Shown here: in pieces, positions 45,576-47,619 of the stretch
How positions within the stretch are numbered: position 1 is the first letter of the stretch
How the letters are laid out: the number at the start of each line of letters is the position of its first letter
Origin: Catajapyx aquilonaris
Lineage: Eukaryota
NCBI GenBank assembly: GCA_000934665.2
Contig: KZ538783.1
Coordinates: 1-47,619 of the forward strand
Direction: 5' to 3'
DNA length: 47,619 nucleotides
The notes under the pieces: model-generated
Database searches by the model: none
What the model saw: the letters and a program-made list of their open reading frames with translations, nothing else
What the model was told of the DNA's origin: nothing
Program-made: the position numbers and the translations under genes

Positions 45576-45903
45576 TTATTTGAATGCTGCCCACTCTGGA
45601 CCAGGGTAACCTCCATGAGTGCCTCCCCCACCTAGGTGGGGGAGGCAACCATGTAGGAGACCCTGCTCCGGACATCCCAAGCTATAACAGAGGATGATAA
45701 GAATCTCTGCAAGATGAAGAGGTGTCATGCCTTGCTTATGATAATTGACAAGGTACCTCATGTCAAATGCATACAACTCCACATCTTACCATGCATCTTA
45801 TCACCCTCCTTTACCACTTGTGCTGTCCAGATTGGGTGGCATTCAAATAAGGTGGTGAGTGGGATCTACTTTCTGGCACAGGTGGCAATACATAACAGTA
45901 ACT
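45576..45903 (-). CDS. Candidate last two exons of an unidentified upstream gene
   Basis: 45903-45815 (SYCYVLPPVPESRSHSPPYLNATQSGQHK, phase-2 donor TG|gtaaag) joins in phase with 45681-45576 (acceptor ctctgttatag; CLGCPEQGLLHGCLPHLGGGGTHGGYPGPEWAAFK*). No family recognised; the first acceptor is a weaker AAG. Confidence 0.35.
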
Positions 45904-46416
45904 CTTGCAGAAAAGGACGAAGTGTTAAATTTAGCACATATAGGTGGCCCACCCATACGTGCAAAATAATCAGGTCCCAGCAAGTAAAACACTTTTTTTT
46001 AAATCCTCCCAAATGTATTGATTCATGCAGAAACTCTAAAGGAATGGATCAGTCATTCAGCACAGTGCTACTCCCATGCACTCCCACAGTGCTACAAATG
46101 GATTCATCCCTTCCATATAATATTAACAGCCAATATAATATTTAAAACTTTTAAAGGTCACTACATGAAAGAAACTGCTTAACAATGAGCTCAGTGCAAA
46201 AAATTACTAACTGAATTTGACATCTCAATTGAAACTCTGTACAGCTCAGTCAAGAACATGAGCACTTTATCTTAATCATATCCTATTGCACTGATGCAAA
46301 GAAGTCAGTCATCCAAGCTATCCAGTGAAGTTGCCATGCCATGAATAAAATATACTTGCTGGATATTAATTAATTAGTTATCCCATGATTAGACTCCACT
46401 CATAGATTTTGATCAT

Positions 46417-46551
46417 CGAAGGAAACAAGAGAACCCAGAGAAAACCCATTGAATTTCTTTCCAGATGAGAAAATTCTATCTGACCCACAGTGAACTTGGA
46501 ACATCAGAAGTGGAAGGCTCCGCCACGAACCACTATACCATCATGTCACCC
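46417..46551 (-). mobile_element. Degenerate tRNA-SINE (V/Meta-domain-like)
   Basis: Minus strand A box TGGTATAGTGG, decayed B box, then gggttttctctgggttctcttgtttcc resembling the GGTTTTCTCCGGGTACTCCGGTTTCC core. Confidence 0.45.
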
Positions 46552-47619
46552 ATGTTGATTATTATTATTATTATGTGCATAGCCTGACAACTCCAACTAG
46601 TGGACCAGGCTAGTCAACCTAAGATTTGTCCCCCAAGTGTAACAAGGGGGATTATGGTAAGATGAAGGTGTAAGTCACTTCATAAGTCCATCATTTCACC
46701 AGAAGTCCAAACTTCGTCTGACTCAACTTCCTCATAAGATTAAGGTAAAATTCTTTGAGAAGCCAAATCGGATGACCCTGAATCCAAAGTCCATGATACT
46801 GTACACCAAGTGACTCAACCCTTAGGTACAATTATGGGCCTAGACTACTTCTGGTTCTTGCCCAAGCTATACTTATGACATTTTCTAACACATCATAATA
46901 TATTGTTTTTGAGATAATCATTTCAGTGCATATTAAACACATCAGTAATTTACACAAACCAACCAAAACACTTGTTGGTGTACAAGTTTATGATGAAACT
47001 GATTCAGATAAGAAGTAAATAATGACAGGTGAGACCACCATGGCAAGGATACAATAATGGTATTCCAAGTATCAGGGTTGTTTTAGTTATTGCTAATATT
47101 GCCCACAGTTGTTCTATTCTTCCTCCCTGCCGGTTGCCCAGCTTCGCTGGGCAACCGGCAGGGAGGCAACTCCACCTGCCGGATGGCCCACGAAGCGGGC
47201 CATCCGGCGCGGGTGAAACGAATAGTAGGTTATCGCCCTCATCCCAATGCGTTTTTCCCGACTTCATAACTCGCGATCGGGTTAATCGATTTCAAATCGG
47301 AAACAAGATTTACACTCCGCTCACTCCAGTTTCAAACTTTAGCTGGATAAACAACAACCAGGGCCATTACCGGGGTCATTAGCCGGGGTCAAAGTTCAAA
47401 AAAGTGTCGTTACTTAGACCAGGGTACAGCCTAAACGGTGCGTCGTAGAGGGTCATACAATCTGTTATTCGAACCGCAATGTTACCAGGGGGTGCCCTCC
47501 TGCCTACCTTTTTTTGAGAAAAACCTTTACTTTTTGAGCTACAAGGCCATTTCGAAAGTGTCAGTTTTGTGGCTCTCGCTACCTTTCTGTACTGAGACCG
47601 GATATACTTGGGAGGGGGG

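Noticed and set aside
47004..47619. ORFs and CpG-rich patch at the window end
   Set aside because: Reads like transposon-derived sequence; no termini or coding homology could be established within the window.

Overview
Eukaryotic, intron-rich arthropod DNA, most likely an insect (inferred from the genes and SINE types; species not identifiable). It is not prokaryotic, and most ORF-track entries are spurious because the real genes are spliced. Three genes can be rebuilt from GT-AG junctions with consistent phases: (1) a complete TMEM220-family membrane protein (+, 1575-3426, 7 exons, 205 aa); (2) a clip-domain serine protease of the snake/persephone/HP21 (CLIPC) type (-, 7671-11946, N-terminal exon unresolved); (3) kinesin light chain (-, 19831-39809) with at least two alternative C-termini. 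Two candidate terminal exons of a fourth, unidentified minus-strand gene lie at 45576-45903. Introns and intergenic DNA hold many non-autonomous elements: Tc1/mariner-, pogo-, hAT-, piggyBac- and PIF-like MITEs, long foldbacks, several tRNA-SINE families and tiny TSD-flanked retroposon tails. The most notable observations are an (ATT)25 tract that is either an intron or an in-frame poly-Ile anchor in front of the clip domain, a 1.6-kb foldback in the protease intron, a near-perfect tRNA cloverleaf with a 6-nt anticodon loop, KLC tails resembling both nematode and vertebrate forms, and CpG depletion/enrichment domains. I found no convincing wholly new multi-gene system. There is a 225-nt assembly gap at 37913-38137.
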